DNA of 64,000 nucleotides, from positions 10,294,001-10,358,000 of the forward strand of contig CM075994.1 in assembly GCA_038087875.1 (NCBI GenBank), written 5' to 3'. A model generated the notes under the pieces. It saw only the letters and a program-made list of their open reading frames with translations, searched no databases and had not been told where the DNA came from. Shown one piece after another: positions 38,991 through 52,330 of this stretch (positions within the stretch are counted from its first letter, which is position 1; the number at the start of each line of letters is the position of its first letter). Made by a program: the position numbers and the translations under genes. The stretch comes from Malacoraja senta (Eukaryota).

Positions 38991-41900
38991 AAGGGTCGGG
39001 TCCCGGGACCGGCGTCAGGAGCGGGGCTCAGGGGCTGTGGGGCAGAAACCCGGTGGACAACAGGTCGGCGGTGAACGGCTCCCATTTAATCCCCAAATGT
39101 GGGAAGAGTGAAATAAACAGCAACTGAAATCAGAGCTGTCTGTCGATCCGTTCATTTTAACGCGTTAACCGCGTCCGGCAAAGGAACAGAAATTAATGTT
39201 GTGAAAATATAAAGATTGAAACAATCGCCCTTCCCGCGGGTTCAGCAGCGGCCGCGGGCGGCGGGTCCTGAGCTCCGGGCTCCCCCGGGTCCTAAAGTCC
39301 GCCATCTAATTTAGACTATCTAATGGAATATTCCCTCCAAGATCGAGTGCGTACTGCAACAACCCACAATGTCCTCGCATCTCGTTTAGCAGACCCCAAA
39401 GTGCTTTTCAGGCGTAAATCGATTTAAAGTGCAGTCATGAATGGCAACTGAAATGCAGGAATGAATTTGCAGACAGAAACATTCACAGAGTTTAAAAGCA
39501 AGTTATACTGTCCAAATATATTTAGTTTTATTTCAGTTGCAGCATTAGAAGCACCGAGCACATAATTCGGAAAATAAATCTTTCTATTCGGTTCTTGTGA
39601 ATGTGACCGGTCGTGGGATTTGTCCAAATTCAACCAGAGGGTATTCCATTTATCTATTGCATTAATCTATTAATATATAATATCGTAAACGGTTTTAATT
39701 TCAGTGATCCAATCCCTTTTACATTTTTTCACTCTGATTATGTGGCTCTGTGACCTTCATTTACGCAATCTACCAGGTGAAACTTTAATCACCACCCTCA
39801 GCCCAGGAGAGGGAAAGGGTCATGAGTTTTTAATTGTCATACGTACCGTGACGGAGTAATTAAATTATTTCTTGCCTTAACCTGAGCTTCCATCTATGTC
39901 ACTCCTCATGAGTTTCCCTCCCTAAACTGTGGGGCACACAACTTCTCTTCCTGACTCCAATGTTAGTAAATATTCCTTGCTCCTCACTCAAGGAATGTTG
40001 CCATTCTATCCCCATGTCCTTAATCTTCCAGACTTGTAATCAACATTCCCAACTCCTAACTACGTGGGTTGCAAAGTCTCTGACTCAGACGTTTTTGCCT
40101 GAGCCCAGACCTATGTTGTGTGGGTGGACAAAGCTGAGATAGTCAAGTGGGCTTGGGATGGGTTCGCAGTTTATCGGGCAGGATCTGGGGAGAGAGAACC
40201 TGAATTGGCATTCCGAGTCTCTGGTCGGAATTTGCCCTGACCCTGTCAGTCCCGCTGCACATTAAAACATTTTCTGTTATTGATGTTGTTGAAGTCCTGA
40301 ATTCACGGAGACACGAAAGTCTGCAGATGCTGCAATCTGCAAACCTGCATCAAGTCGTCCTGATTCTGGGTCACGGCCCTTGACACTTATTCCCCATAAA
40401 TGGTTCTTTATCCTTTTAATTCTACCAGATGCTTATTTCTCGCTGCTGCATTGAGGGGCTCTCCACTGTTCCACCTCATGCAGGTCAGGAAATGTTCTTT
40501 GCATTGCCGCAAGTAGACAAAAAATGCTGGAGAAGTTCGGCGGGTGAGGCAGCATCTACCGAGAGAAGGAATAGGTAACGTTTCGGGGCGAGACCCTTCT
40601 TCAGGGCGACGTTTAGGGCTGAGACCCTTCTTCAGGGGACACCCGCTAATGCCTCACCCGCTGAGTTCCTCCAGCGTTTTTTGTCTACTTTCGATTTTTC
40701 CAGCATCTGCAGTTGCTTCTTGGACATTGCATTACCGCCTTCAGCCCCGTGATGCAGAGCTGTCCAAAAGTTTGTGCAATTTCGCCCTGCAGGATCCCCA
40801 CCTGCTGCTGGAAACCGGTACTGCAGGATCGGCTTGGGGACTAAGTGGAATATTTGTAACTCTTTGTATACATCACTCAGGATGCGTCCCAGCGCATCTA
40901 GAAGATGTCTATTTTTCACTCTGAAGTCTGGCTCAGCCAGTGGCACCTAGGAATATACTGGGTGACAAACAAGAATAGTTTGGTGACTACTGGAGAGACA
41001 GTTGACGCTACGGAAAGACGGCACCCGGGACAGGCTGTGTTAGCACCCCAGTCTGTGTCTTTCGTGAGAAAGTCACCCAACAAAGCTACGGAAAGGCCTA
41101 ATGAACCACCAAGACCGAGGCGAGAATGAAATGCTCGGAGAAGGAGAAAGAGGTGCAGCGCGCAGGCCTTGAACGTGGCGAGACGCTGGAGGAGCCTGCA
41201 CTTAATTCTCGCACTCGTACCAACATCTCCCCTCACCCTCACCTATTCCCCCTTCCCTCCACCCCCACACCAACCTACTCTGGGGTCACATTAAGCAGCC
41301 AATTCACCGAGAGCCCCTCACGCCTTCGGGAAGTGGACGGAAACCGGAGCACCCGCGGGAAAAGCACGTGGGGACGGATTGAATGAACCAAGTCCACACA
41401 GGCAGAACCCACGTCGTTGGATCTCGCTGGCGGCTGCTGTGATCACTGGAACACGTCACCAGCCACAGCAGCTTTTGTGATGGGGCAGTGCAGTGAATTT
41501 ATCGACAAAATAAGATGCACGCCACCCGGATAAATCGTTATCGATTTATATTGCAGATATATGGGGAGAAGGCTGGCATATGGGGAGAAGGCAGGCACGG
41601 GTTATTGATTGGGGACGATCAGCCATGATGACAATGAATGGCGGTGCTGGCTCGAAAGGCCGAATGGACTCCTCCTGCACCTGTTTTCTATATGTTACTT
41701 TCTTTGCAGAATTTCCAAAAAATTCCAAAAGTCTCTGCGCGTGAGGCCACGATCAGTACTAGGCGGCCCTCCGGATCACAGACAACACGGGCGATGAACA
41801 CAAACACAGGCGGGTGTGAAACACCGAACCCGCCCCCCTTCCACCCACGGCATTCACCGCAACCACCCGGCCGCACCTGCAACAGTGTCTCCAGTCCCAA

Positions 41901-44297
41901 ATGGTTTACAATGGTTTAAATGAAAGTAAGCATACAGGTACAGCAGGCATGGAAGAAAGCGAATGGCATGTTACCCTTCGTAACAAGAGGAGTTGAGTAT
42001 AGGAGCAAATAGGTCCTTCTGTAGTTGTATGGGGCCCTAGTGAGACCGCACCTGGAGTGTGCAGTTTTGGTCCCCTAATTTGAGGAAGGACATTCATGCT
42101 ATTGAGGGAGTGCAGCGTAGGTTCACAAGGTTAATTCCCTGGATGGCGGGACTATCATATGCTGAGAGAATGGAGCAACTGGGCTTGTATACTCTGGAGT
42201 TTAGAAGGGTGAGAGGATATCTTATTGAAACATAAGATTATTAAGAGTTTGGACACGCAAGAGGCAGGAAACATGTTCCCGATGTTGGGGGAGTCCAGAA
42301 CCAGGGGCCACAGTTTAAGAATAAGGGGTAAGCCATTTAGAACGGAGATGAGGAAACACTTTTTCACACAGAGTGTTGCGAGTCTGTGGAATTGTCTGCC
42401 TCAGAGGTTGGTGGAGGCTGGTTCTCTGGATACTTTCAAGAGAGTGATCTAGATAGGGCTCTTAAAGATAGCGGGGTCAGGGGATATGGGGAGAAGGCAG
42501 GAACGAAGTACTGATTGGGGATGATCAGCCATGATCACTTTGAATGGCGGTGCTGGCTCGAAGGGCCGAACGGCCTACTCCTGCACTTATTGTCTATTGT
42601 TTTGCATACTATCCAGTCAAATTAGATAATACCAACGATAAACACAATCAAGTCAAACTCCAGTATAATAGATAGGGGAAAGGGACAGTTACAATGTGCA
42701 GCATATAGTTCTCAGCATTGCAGCGTCACAACCCGCTAACATTTATACAATGTCCTCGCATCTCTTTTCGGAGACCACAGAGTGCTTTACCTGCGTAAAT
42801 CACATTGAAGTGCAGCCAGTAATGGCAACGGGAATCCAGAACCTCATCAATGAAGGCCCAGAGTACAACATCAGGACATAGTCACAAAAAGCTGGAGTAA
42901 CTCAGCGGGACAGGCAGCATCTCTGGACAGAAGGAGTGGGTGACGTTTCGGGTCGAGACCCTTCTTCTGACTGAGAGTCAGGGGAGAGGGAAGCGAGAGA
43001 TATAAACGGTGATATAAAGAGATACAGAAATTGGTGAAAGAGTCCGAACAAGGGTCTCGACTCGAAATGTTACCCATTCCTTCTCTCGTGAGATGCTGCC
43101 TGTGCTGCTGAGATACTCCAGCATTTTGTGACTGTCTTCGATTTAAACCAGCATCCGCAGTTCCTTCCTACATCATTAGGAGGTTATGTTGAATCGGTGT
43201 AAACACAGGTTTGGACCCAACTGGTGCATCATGCCTATTGCTGGTCACTAAACTTAATATATGAAGCGAGGATCATCGGGAGGGCGCAGGAGATATTCAC
43301 TGGAATGGTTTCAAGGATGAGGAGATTCGGGCCGAGGGTGAGGCTGGAGAAGCGGGTGCAGGTTCTCTGTGGAGAAGGGAATATGAAAGCTTTCACAGAG
43401 GGTTCAAGCTCGGGTCCGGTGTGGAGAGGGGGATGAGGGGGCGGGGGGGAGGTCTTTCCCATCTGTGCGAGGTTCAAATGAGCACAGTATTGAGAGAGAG
43501 AGAAGCAACAAGGGGAATATGCCTCGGAGTGTAGGAATAATTGCAGATGCTGGTTTAAACCGCAGATAGACACAAAATGCTGGAGTAAAGCAGCTGGACA
43601 GGCAGCATCTCTGGAGAGAAGGAATGTGTGACGTTTCGGGTAGAGACAGTCTCCGGCATTTTGTGCCTATCTAAGGGGAATAAGGCTTTGCAGTTTAGTT
43701 TATTGTCCCGTATTTCTACGTACAGTGAAATACTTTTGTTGCGTGCTCTCCAGTCAGCAGGAAGACAATACATGATTACAATCGAGCCACTTACAGTGTA
43801 CAGATACTCGACGATGGAATAACGTTTAGTGCAAGGATAAGCCAGCAAAGTCCGATCACAGTTAAAGTGAGAAATGTTGAGGTGGGTGTAGAGATTTAAG
43901 AGTGTGGGGCGATTGTAATATGTGAATGAGATCTGCATTGCACGCAAATAGACGCCTTGGTTGGGCGCCATCTCGGAAGCATTAGCGGCAAGAATGACCT
44001 GCAGGGGCGGAGGAAATGCTGCCAATTGGGCTTTCGAATCTGAGTGTTCCGTGTTCCACACTCACTGATTCCACGGTGGCGCAGCGGTAGAGTTGCTGCC
44101 TTGCAGAGCTTGCAGCGCCAGAGACCCGGGTTCAATCCCGACTACGGGTGCTGTCTGTACGTTCTCCCCGCGTGGGTTTTCTCCGAGAACTTCGGTTTCC
44201 TCCCGCACATCTAAAGACGTACAGGTATGTAGTTTAATTGGCTTGGTGTATGTGTACAATTGTCCCTAGTGTGTGCAGGATAGTGTTAATATTCAGC

Positions 44298-44325
44298 CTG
44301 ACGAAGGGTCTCGACCCGAAACGTC
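44298..44325 (+). ncRNA. Minimal type I hammerhead ribozyme core (Penelope-associated)
   Basis: CTGACGA-a-gggtc-tc-gaccc-GAAAC-GTC: full core, paired stem II, palindromic ACGT stem III. Stem I pairing is poor. Confidence 0.6.
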
Positions 44326-44686
44326 ACATATTCCATCGCTCCATAGATGCTGCCTCATCCGCTGAGTTTCTCTAGCATTTTTGTCTCCCGTTAATATGCG
44401 GGGATCACTGATCGCACCGGCCAGCGATCCGGACTCGGTGGGCCGAAGTGCCTTTCGCGGTGTATCTCTAAAGTAAACTAAATTAAACTAAACTAAACTG
44501 ATCAGCAGACAAATTGAATCTTTGAAAACTGCAATAAATGTTAGAGGGTCATATAATATCCTTTAAACAATACAGGCATAGATTGCCCCGAAGACTGCTG
44601 CATGAGAGACAGGTGCACTGTTGTGGAATAAAATAAGGGCGGAGGCAGGTCTCCGGCCATCCTGATCCCGGGATGTAAACGGAGAT

Positions 44687-44868
44687 ACATAGATACATAG
44701 ATACATAGAAATTAGGTGCAGGAGTAGGCCATTCGGCCCTTCGAGCCTGCACCGCCATTCAATACGATCATGGCTGATCATCCAACTCAGTATCCCGTAC
44801 CTGCCTTCTCTCCATACCCCCTGATCCCTTTAGCCACAAGAGCCACATCTAATTCCCTCTTAAATATA
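44687..44868 (-). mobile_element. CR1 3'-end insertion, post-duplication
   Basis: (gatacata)n tail plus CR1 3' UTR, flanked by gagat. The paralogous site at ~32400 is empty. Confidence 0.85.
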
Positions 44869-46408
44869 GAGATGCGGGCGTCGGGTTCCACTGCCCAACA
44901 GGTGCACAGCCTCCTCAGGTTACACCCGAGGCTTCCTTTGCGCCGGGACCAGTCCATTTCTGTCCTGCCTTAGTCGTTCCCAAGTCTATATTCAGGCCAG
45001 TTTAATGTCCAATCTACCCCCTTCCTTGCGTGAGATGAGTTGGAAGCGGTCAGGACATCTTCTCACTGAACACTTGCAACCAAATAGCATTCATTGCCCG
45101 GGACGGCAGCGGGCGCAGTGACACGGTACTGTAGGGGTTGAGTTTAATTTAGTTTAGAGATACAGCGCGCAAACAGGCCCTTCGAGTCGAGACTGTCTGA
45201 AGTAGGGTCTCGACCCGAAACGTCACCCATTCCTCCTCTCCAGAGATGCAACCTGTCCCGCTGCGTTACTCCAGCATTTAGTGTCTGTCGAATGGGAATA
45301 AGGCTTTGCAGTTTAGCTTATTGTCACGTGTATCGACATACAGTGTAATCCAGTCTGCAGAAAGACAATATATGATTACAATCGAGCCGCTTGCAGGGTA
45401 CAGATACTCGATGATGGAATAATGTTTAGTGCAAGGTTAAACCAGCAAAGTCCGATCATAGTTAAAGTGAGAAATGATGAGGTGGGAGTAGAGATTTAAG
45501 AGCATGGGGCGATTGTAATATGTGATTGTAGATCTGCATCGCACGCAAATAGACGCCTTGGTTGGGCGCCATCTCGGAAGCATTAGCGGCAAGAATGACC
45601 TGCAGAGTCGGAGGAAATGCTGCCAATTGGGCTTTCGAATCTGAGTGTTCCGTGTTCCACTCTCACTGATTCCACGGTGGCGCAGCGGTAGAGTTGCTGC
45701 CTTGCAGCGCTTGCAGCGCCAGAGACCCGGGTTCGATCCCGACTACGGGTGCTACGTTCTCCCCGCGTGGGTTTTCTCCGACATCTTCGGTTTCCTCCCA
45801 CATCTAAAGATGTACAGGTATGTAGTTTAATTGGCTTGGTAAATGTGTAAAATTGTCCCTGTGTGTGCCGGATAGTGTTAATATGCGGGGATCGCTGTTC
45901 GGTGCGGACTTGGTGGGCCGAAGGACCTGTTTTCGCGGTGTATCTCTAAACTAAACTAAACTGATCAGCAGATAAATTGAACCTTTGCAAACTGCAATGA
46001 ATGTTAGACGGCCATATAATATCCTTTAAACAATACACGCAAACATAGATTGCCCCGAAGACTGGTGCATGAGAGACAGGTGCACTGCTGAGGATTAAAA
46101 TAAGGGCGGAGGGAGGTCTCCGTACATCCTGATCCCGGGCTGTGAACGGAGATGCGGGCGGCGGGTTCCACTGCTCAACAGGTGCAACGTCTCCTCAGGT
46201 TACACCCGAGACTTTCTTCGCGCCGGGCCCGTTCCCTTTCTGCCCTGCCATAGTCTTTCTCGTCCATATTCAGGCCAGATTAATGTCCAATCTACCCCTC
46301 CCTCGTGTGAGATGCGTTGGAAGCGGCCAGGACATCTTCACACTGAACACTTGCAGCCAAATAGCATTCAACGCCCGGGACGGCAGCGACACGGTACTGA
46401 AGTGGTTG

Positions 46409-46725
46409 AGTTTAATTTAGTTGAGAGATACGGCGCGCAAACAGGCCCTTCGGCCCACCGGGTCCGCGCCGCCCAGCGATCCCCGGACATTAACACTATC
46501 CTAGCCCCACTAGCTACGTTTTTTACATTTACCAAGCGTTTTTTTTAAACATTTACCAAAAATGGGAGTGTGGTGGGGAAATCGAAGATCTCGGAGAAAA
46601 CCCACGCAGATCACGGGGAAAACGTGCAAACTCCGTACAGACAGCAGCCGGAGTCAGCATCGAACCCGGGTCTCTGGGACTGCATTCGCTGAAACGCAGC
46701 AACTCTACAGCTGCGCCATCGTGAC
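46409..46725 (-). mobile_element. V-SINE, inverted, upstream of TRIM copy 4
   Basis: Paralog of 7586-7904. Confidence 0.82.
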
Positions 46726-47135
46726 GGTCACGTGACCATGACCATGTTCAGCAGTGTCACGTCAGAGAAAACCTTTTGAACCAGGAAGTGGCGGATTTAA
46801 AATGGCTGCGAAAGACCAGGTCGAGAGTTGGACCGAGGAGGCAGTTTGTCCCATCTGCCTGGATTTCTTCACCGATGCGGTTATACTGGAGTGTGGGCAC
46901 AACTTCTGCCGCTCCTGCATCACACAGAGTTGGGACAGGGAGGCGAGAAACCCCTGCCCGGAATGTAGAGAGGAGTTTGTGGACCGCAGCCTCAGGGTGA
47001 ATCGGGCCTTGGTTAGACTGTCTAAGAAAGCGCGAGCACTGAGCCTGAATCTCAAAGAGAAGGAAAATAAACTTCACTGCGAGAAACATCAGGAAGAACT
47101 GAATCTGTTTTGTGAAACGGACAATAAACTGATCT

Positions 47136-47305
47136 GGAGAAACTCAGCGGGTGCAGCAGCATCTATGGAGCGAAGGAAATAGGTAACGTTTCGGGCCGAA
47201 ACGTTACCTATTTCCTTCGCTCCATAGATGCTGCTGCACGCGCTGAGTTTCTCCAGCATTTTTGTGTACCTTCGATTTTCCAGCATCTGCAGTTCCTTCT
47301 TTAAC
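47136..47305. mobile_element. Fold-back Penelope-derived insertion with 15-bp TSD
   Basis: TSD acaataaactgatct at 47121-47135 and 47306-47320. Palindrome 47134-47256. Confidence 0.9.
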
Positions 47306-47994
47306 ACAATAAACTGATCTGTGTGATTTGTGCAGCTGGGCGGGAACACAAGTCTCACAGCTTCATGCTGATAGATGAAGCGATTGTATTCTACAAGGTA
47401 AAACCAAACCGATTTTGTTCACTTCATTGTTTAATATTGTCTTTTTTGTCTGACATTTTTATTCACTGATTTGAAACCCAACCCCAGGAACAGGTGAAAT
47501 CTTCTTTCGAATCTCTCTCAGATATGAAATCAGAGATCGAGCAAATGGAGCAGCTACAGAAAGAGGGCATTTCTGGAGTTCAGGTGATGCTTTGTATTAT
47601 TGATGTAATTATTTTGTGTAGGATTGATGCCTGTGATGCTTGTAATAAGTGGACAAATCTATAGAGCTCAGTAGTCGAGGACACGAGATCTTGGGAGCGG
47701 TTGGGCAGCCAAGGACTTTATTCACTGGAGCGCAGGAGTCTGAAGAATGATCTATTGCATGTGTATAATATCACGAAATAAAATGTTAGGGTGATTACTC
47801 AGTCTTTTTCCCTGAGTGGGGCGTCGAGCATGCGAGAGCATTGGATTAAGGTGAGAGGGAACTTTGGTAGTGGGTATATTGAACGAGCTGCCAGGGGAGG
47901 TAGTTGATTCAGGTACCATAACAATATTTAAAAGATATTTGAAGAAATTGGTGGATAGAAAATGCGCACAGGTGGAAATAGCGCAGATGGGGCA

Positions 47995-50280
47995 ATGGAC
48001 AACAGAAAATAGAAAAAAAGGTGCAGGAGTAAGCCATTCGGCACCGCTATTCAATGCGATCATGGCTGATCATCCCTAATCAGTACCCCGTTCCTGCCTT
48101 CTCCCCATATCCCCTGATTCCGCTAACATTTAGAGCCCTATCTAGCTCTCTCTTGAAAGTATCCAGAGAACCAGCCTCCACCAACCTCTGAGGCAGAGAA
48201 TTCCACAGACTCACAACACTCTGTGTGAAAAAGTGTTTCCTTATCTGCGTTCTAAATGGCTTACCCCTTATTCTTAAACTGTGGCCTCTTGTTCTGAACT
48301 TCCCCACCATCGAGAACATGTTTCCTGCCTCTACCGTGTCCAAACCCTTAATAATCTTATATGTTTCCATAAGATCCCCTCTCAACCTTCTCAATTCCAG
48401 AGTATACAAGCTCAGCCGCTCCATTCTCTCAGTATATGACAGTCCCGCCATCCCTGGAATTAACCTTGTAAACCTACACTGCACTCCCTCAATAGCAAGA
48501 ATGTCCTTCCTCTAATTAGGGGACAAAAACTGCAGGTGTGGTCTCACTAGGGCCCTGTACAACTGCAGAAGGACCTCTTTGTTCCTACACTCAACTCCTC
48601 TTGTTAGGAAGTCCAACACGCCATTCACTTTCTTCACTCCCTGCTGTACCTGCATGCTTGATTTCATTGACTGATGAACAAGCACCCCCAGATCCCGTTG
48701 TACTTCCCATTTGCCCAACTTGACACCATTTAGATAATAATCTGACCTCATATTTGTGCTACCAATGTTGATAACCTCACATTTATCCACATTAAACTAT
48801 ATCTGTCCACTCACCAACTTGTCCTAGTCACCCTGCATTCTCATAGCATCCTCCTCAGAGTTCCCACTGCCACCCAGCTTTGTATCATTTGCAAATTTGC
48901 TAATGTTACTTTGAATTCCTTCATTCAAATCATTGATGTATATTGTAAATACCTGCGGTCCCAGCGCTGAGCCTTGCGGTACCCCACTAGTCACTGCCTG
49001 CCATTCTGAAAGGGACCCGTTAATCCCGACTCTTTGTTTCCTGCCTGCCAACCACTTCTCTATCCATGTCAGCACTCTACCCCCAAAACATGTGCCCTAA
49101 TTTTGCCCATTAATCTATGTGGGACCTTATCAAATGCTTTCTGAAAGTTCAGGTACACTGGCTCTCCCTTATCAATTTTTGTAGTTACATCCTCAAAAAA
49201 TTCCAGAAGTTTAGTCAAGCATGATATCCCCTTCGTAAATCCATGCTGACTCGGACCGATCCTGTTACTGCTATCCAAATGTGCCGCTATTTCATCTTTT
49301 ATGATTGACACCAGCATCTTCCCCACCACCGATGTCAGGCTAACTGGTCTATAATTCCTTGTTTTCTCCCTCCCGCATTTATTTAATAGTGGGATAACAT
49401 TCGCTACCCTCCAATCCACAGGAACCGATCCTGAATCTATAGAACATTGGACAATGATCACCGATGCGTCCACGAATTCTAGAGCCAGTTCCTTAAATAC
49501 CCTGGGATGCAGACCATCAGGCCCTGGGGATTTATTAGCCTTCAGTCCGTTTAGTCGACCCAACACCATTTCCTGCCTAATGTGGATTTCGTTCAGTTCC
49601 TCCGTCACCCTAGATCCTCTGGCCACAAGTACATCAGGAAGTTTGTTTGTGTCCTCCTTAGTGAAGACGGATCCAAACTACCTTTTCAACTCATCTGCCA
49701 TTTCTTTGTTCCCTATAATAAATTCACCTTTTTCGGTCTTCAAGGGTCCTGCTTTGGTCTTAACTAATTTTTCCCACTTCACATACCTAAAGAAGCTTTT
49801 ACTATCCCCTTTTATATTCTTTTCTAGCTTACCTTCGTACCTCATCTTTTCTCCCCGTATTGCCTTTTTGGTATCTTCTGTTGCTCTTTAAACATTACCA
49901 AATCCTCTTGCATCCCGCTCGTTGTACTTCTCTTTTATTTTTATACCGTCCCTGACTTTCCTTGTCAGCCACGGTCGCCCGTTATTCCCCTTGGTATCTT
50001 TCTTCCTCTTTGCAATAAACTGATCCTGCACCTTCTGTATTATTCCCAGAAATACATGCCATTGTTATTCCAATGTTATCGCTGCTATGGTATCTAACCA
50101 ATCAACATTGGCTAGCTCCTCCCACATGTCTCCATAGTCCCCTTTGTTCAACTGTAACACTGACACGATTTACCCTTCTCCCTCTCAAATTGTAGATTAA
50201 AACTTACCATATTATAGTCATTACCTCCTAATGGCTTCTTAACCTCAAGTTCCCGTTATCAAATCCAGTTCATTACATAA
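47995..50280 (-). mobile_element. CR1-type LINE, degenerate, in intron 2 of copy 4
   Basis: RT fragments in ORFs 48080-49626 (SPGPDG, QHGFTKG, GVPQGS). Confidence 0.92.
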
Positions 50281-51754
50281 GGTCTAGTCGGTTACATTAC
50301 TTTCACCAGATATTTCAAAATTATCAAGACGAGCTCTTAAATTGCCAAGGTAATGATAGCTATGGATTACATACGGGTAAATGGAATTAGTGTAGATACG
50401 TACAGAGCTCAGCATGGACATGTTGGCAAGAATGGCCTATTTCTGCACTTCAGGACTCGAGATTCACTAGCAAAATGTCACCTTCCATGTCATAAGGAAA
50501 CACAGCAGTGGCATAATATATTGATTTTAATCTTTCATCTGTCAGGAAGAGTCACAAAACCTTCAGTCACTGGTCACATCCCAGTTTGCTGAACTGCAGC
50601 AGATATTCACTGAGAAAGAGCAGCGCTTACTTGGAGATATCCAGGAGGAAGAGAAAAATATTGTAAAAAGAATGAAGAAAAATCTTCAAGAGATTCAAGA
50701 GAATTTAAATTCCATTCAAGAGGAACTCTCAAAGTTACAGGAACTCATCGATCACAAGGACGGCGTGATATTTCTCAAGGTGAGGGGTTACACTACAGTT
50801 CGGTGAAGTGAAAGTGCACAGTCACAATATGGTGGGTTAAATTTCTGAAATGCTGCATTTACCAGTAATTCAGTACTGGGTCAATGTTCCGTCTGTTCCA
50901 TCTACTCACCACAATCGACAATAACGCCCTAAATTCCCCTCTCAACATAATGGACATTCGGCCCATCCACTGCTGTCAGTTTTCCTGCTCTGCACAAGCC
51001 TCTCCCCACCCACTCACAACATCTACCAGCAGTGCCCACAGTTGCCACATCTCTCGTGGTTATTCACCTATATCCACCTCCCCATGAAATTACCACTCCT
51101 GTGGTAGAGGGTTCTATATTATCTTGACTGAATCACTAGTGGAACTTGAAAGAACACCTGATATTTCTTCTTCAATTCACTTTCTTATCATTATCTTATA
51201 TTTCAATGTTTAATCTTGCACTAAATGTTGTACCCTTTATCCTTTATCTCTACACTGTGGATGGCTTGTTTTTATTCATGTACAGCCTTTTATTTGACAG
51301 GATAGCATGTAACCAAAGGCTTTTCACCGTACCTCAGTACACGTGACTATAATAAGTTCAGAAGTTCAGAAGAGATAGGTATAGAATTTGCCCATCAAGT
51401 CTACTCCGCCATTCAATCGTGGCTGATCTACCTGTCCTAATCACATTCTCTGCCTTCTCCCCATACCCCTGACACCCGTACAAATCAAGATAATATTAAA
51501 TTCCGTTTATTTTCCTTTAATTAGCCATAAAACCTCATGAAGTGCGCAGTCTTTCCGGTAAGTTTGATCCTCAGATCAATGGCAGATTGTTCACTATCAC
51601 TCCTTACACATTCCCCGTTAGTTCTTTGTTCATTCGTGTAATACCCTCAATCCGTGTCAGCAGTGGGTCAGAGTTGGGAAATGGGAATTTTCAGCTGCTC
51701 CTAAAGTTCTATGTAATTGTAACGGTTGTGATATGAACCACGAGTAACAATAAA

Positions 51755-52330
51755 TTCTGAAAAAAAGATCAAGTGCTGGAGCAACTCAGCGGGTTAGGCA
51801 ACATCTGTGGGGGATTTGGATGGGTGACGTTTTCGGTCGGGACCCTTCTTCAGATTGTTGTTGTGAGGGGTGGGGAGCTGGAAAAGCGATGTAGTTCGAC
51901 AAAGCCTCATGACAGGCAAAGGATACAGGCGAGAGAGGTCTGCCTGGCAGTTGGATGGACATCGGCTAGAGATGAAAAGAGTAGAAAAGGGGCCAGATAA
52001 AAAAAGAAGAGAGATATGTTAAGCCAGATGGAAGATTAGAGGAGTAAACAAACTGAGGGGATGTGAAAAAGAGCGCGTTGGTGCGGAAAGTGGAAGCTCA
52101 TTAGGCTGGGCACATGGAAGAAATAGGGTAATGCGGAGAGAGATGGAGTTACCTACAATTGGAGATTTCAATGTTCATTCTGCTGTGTTGTAAACTACCC
52201 GAGCGGAATATGAGGTGCCGATCCTCCATTTTGCGTGTGACCTCACTCTGTCAATGGAGGAGGCCTTGGACTGGAAGGACAATATGGAAATGAGAAGTGG
52301 AGTTGGAATGTTGTGCAACCGGGATGTTCC
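51755..52330 (-). mobile_element. Penelope-like element 3' remnant (end of GIY-YIG, 3' UTR, hammerhead-like motif)
   Basis: Reverse strand encodes ..RKMEDRHLIFRSGSLQHSRMNIEISN and contains CTGAAGAagggtcccgaccGAAAACGTC at ~51826-51853. Confidence 0.7.

Larger units (their letters stand above)
22195..47120 (+). repeat. Recent tandem segmental duplication, period ~12.1-12.5 kb
   Basis: 22195-26592 matches 34291-38990, and 26593-34290 matches 38991-46801. Incidental ORFs recur with identical or near-identical translations (e.g. 27089/39424, 27625/39960, 28576/40905). Confidence 0.95.

Noticed and set aside
47183..47292. Splicing out the insertion via the internal GTAACG donor to rescue copy 4
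   Set aside because: The in-frame TAG at 47180-47182 lies just before that donor and would be retained.
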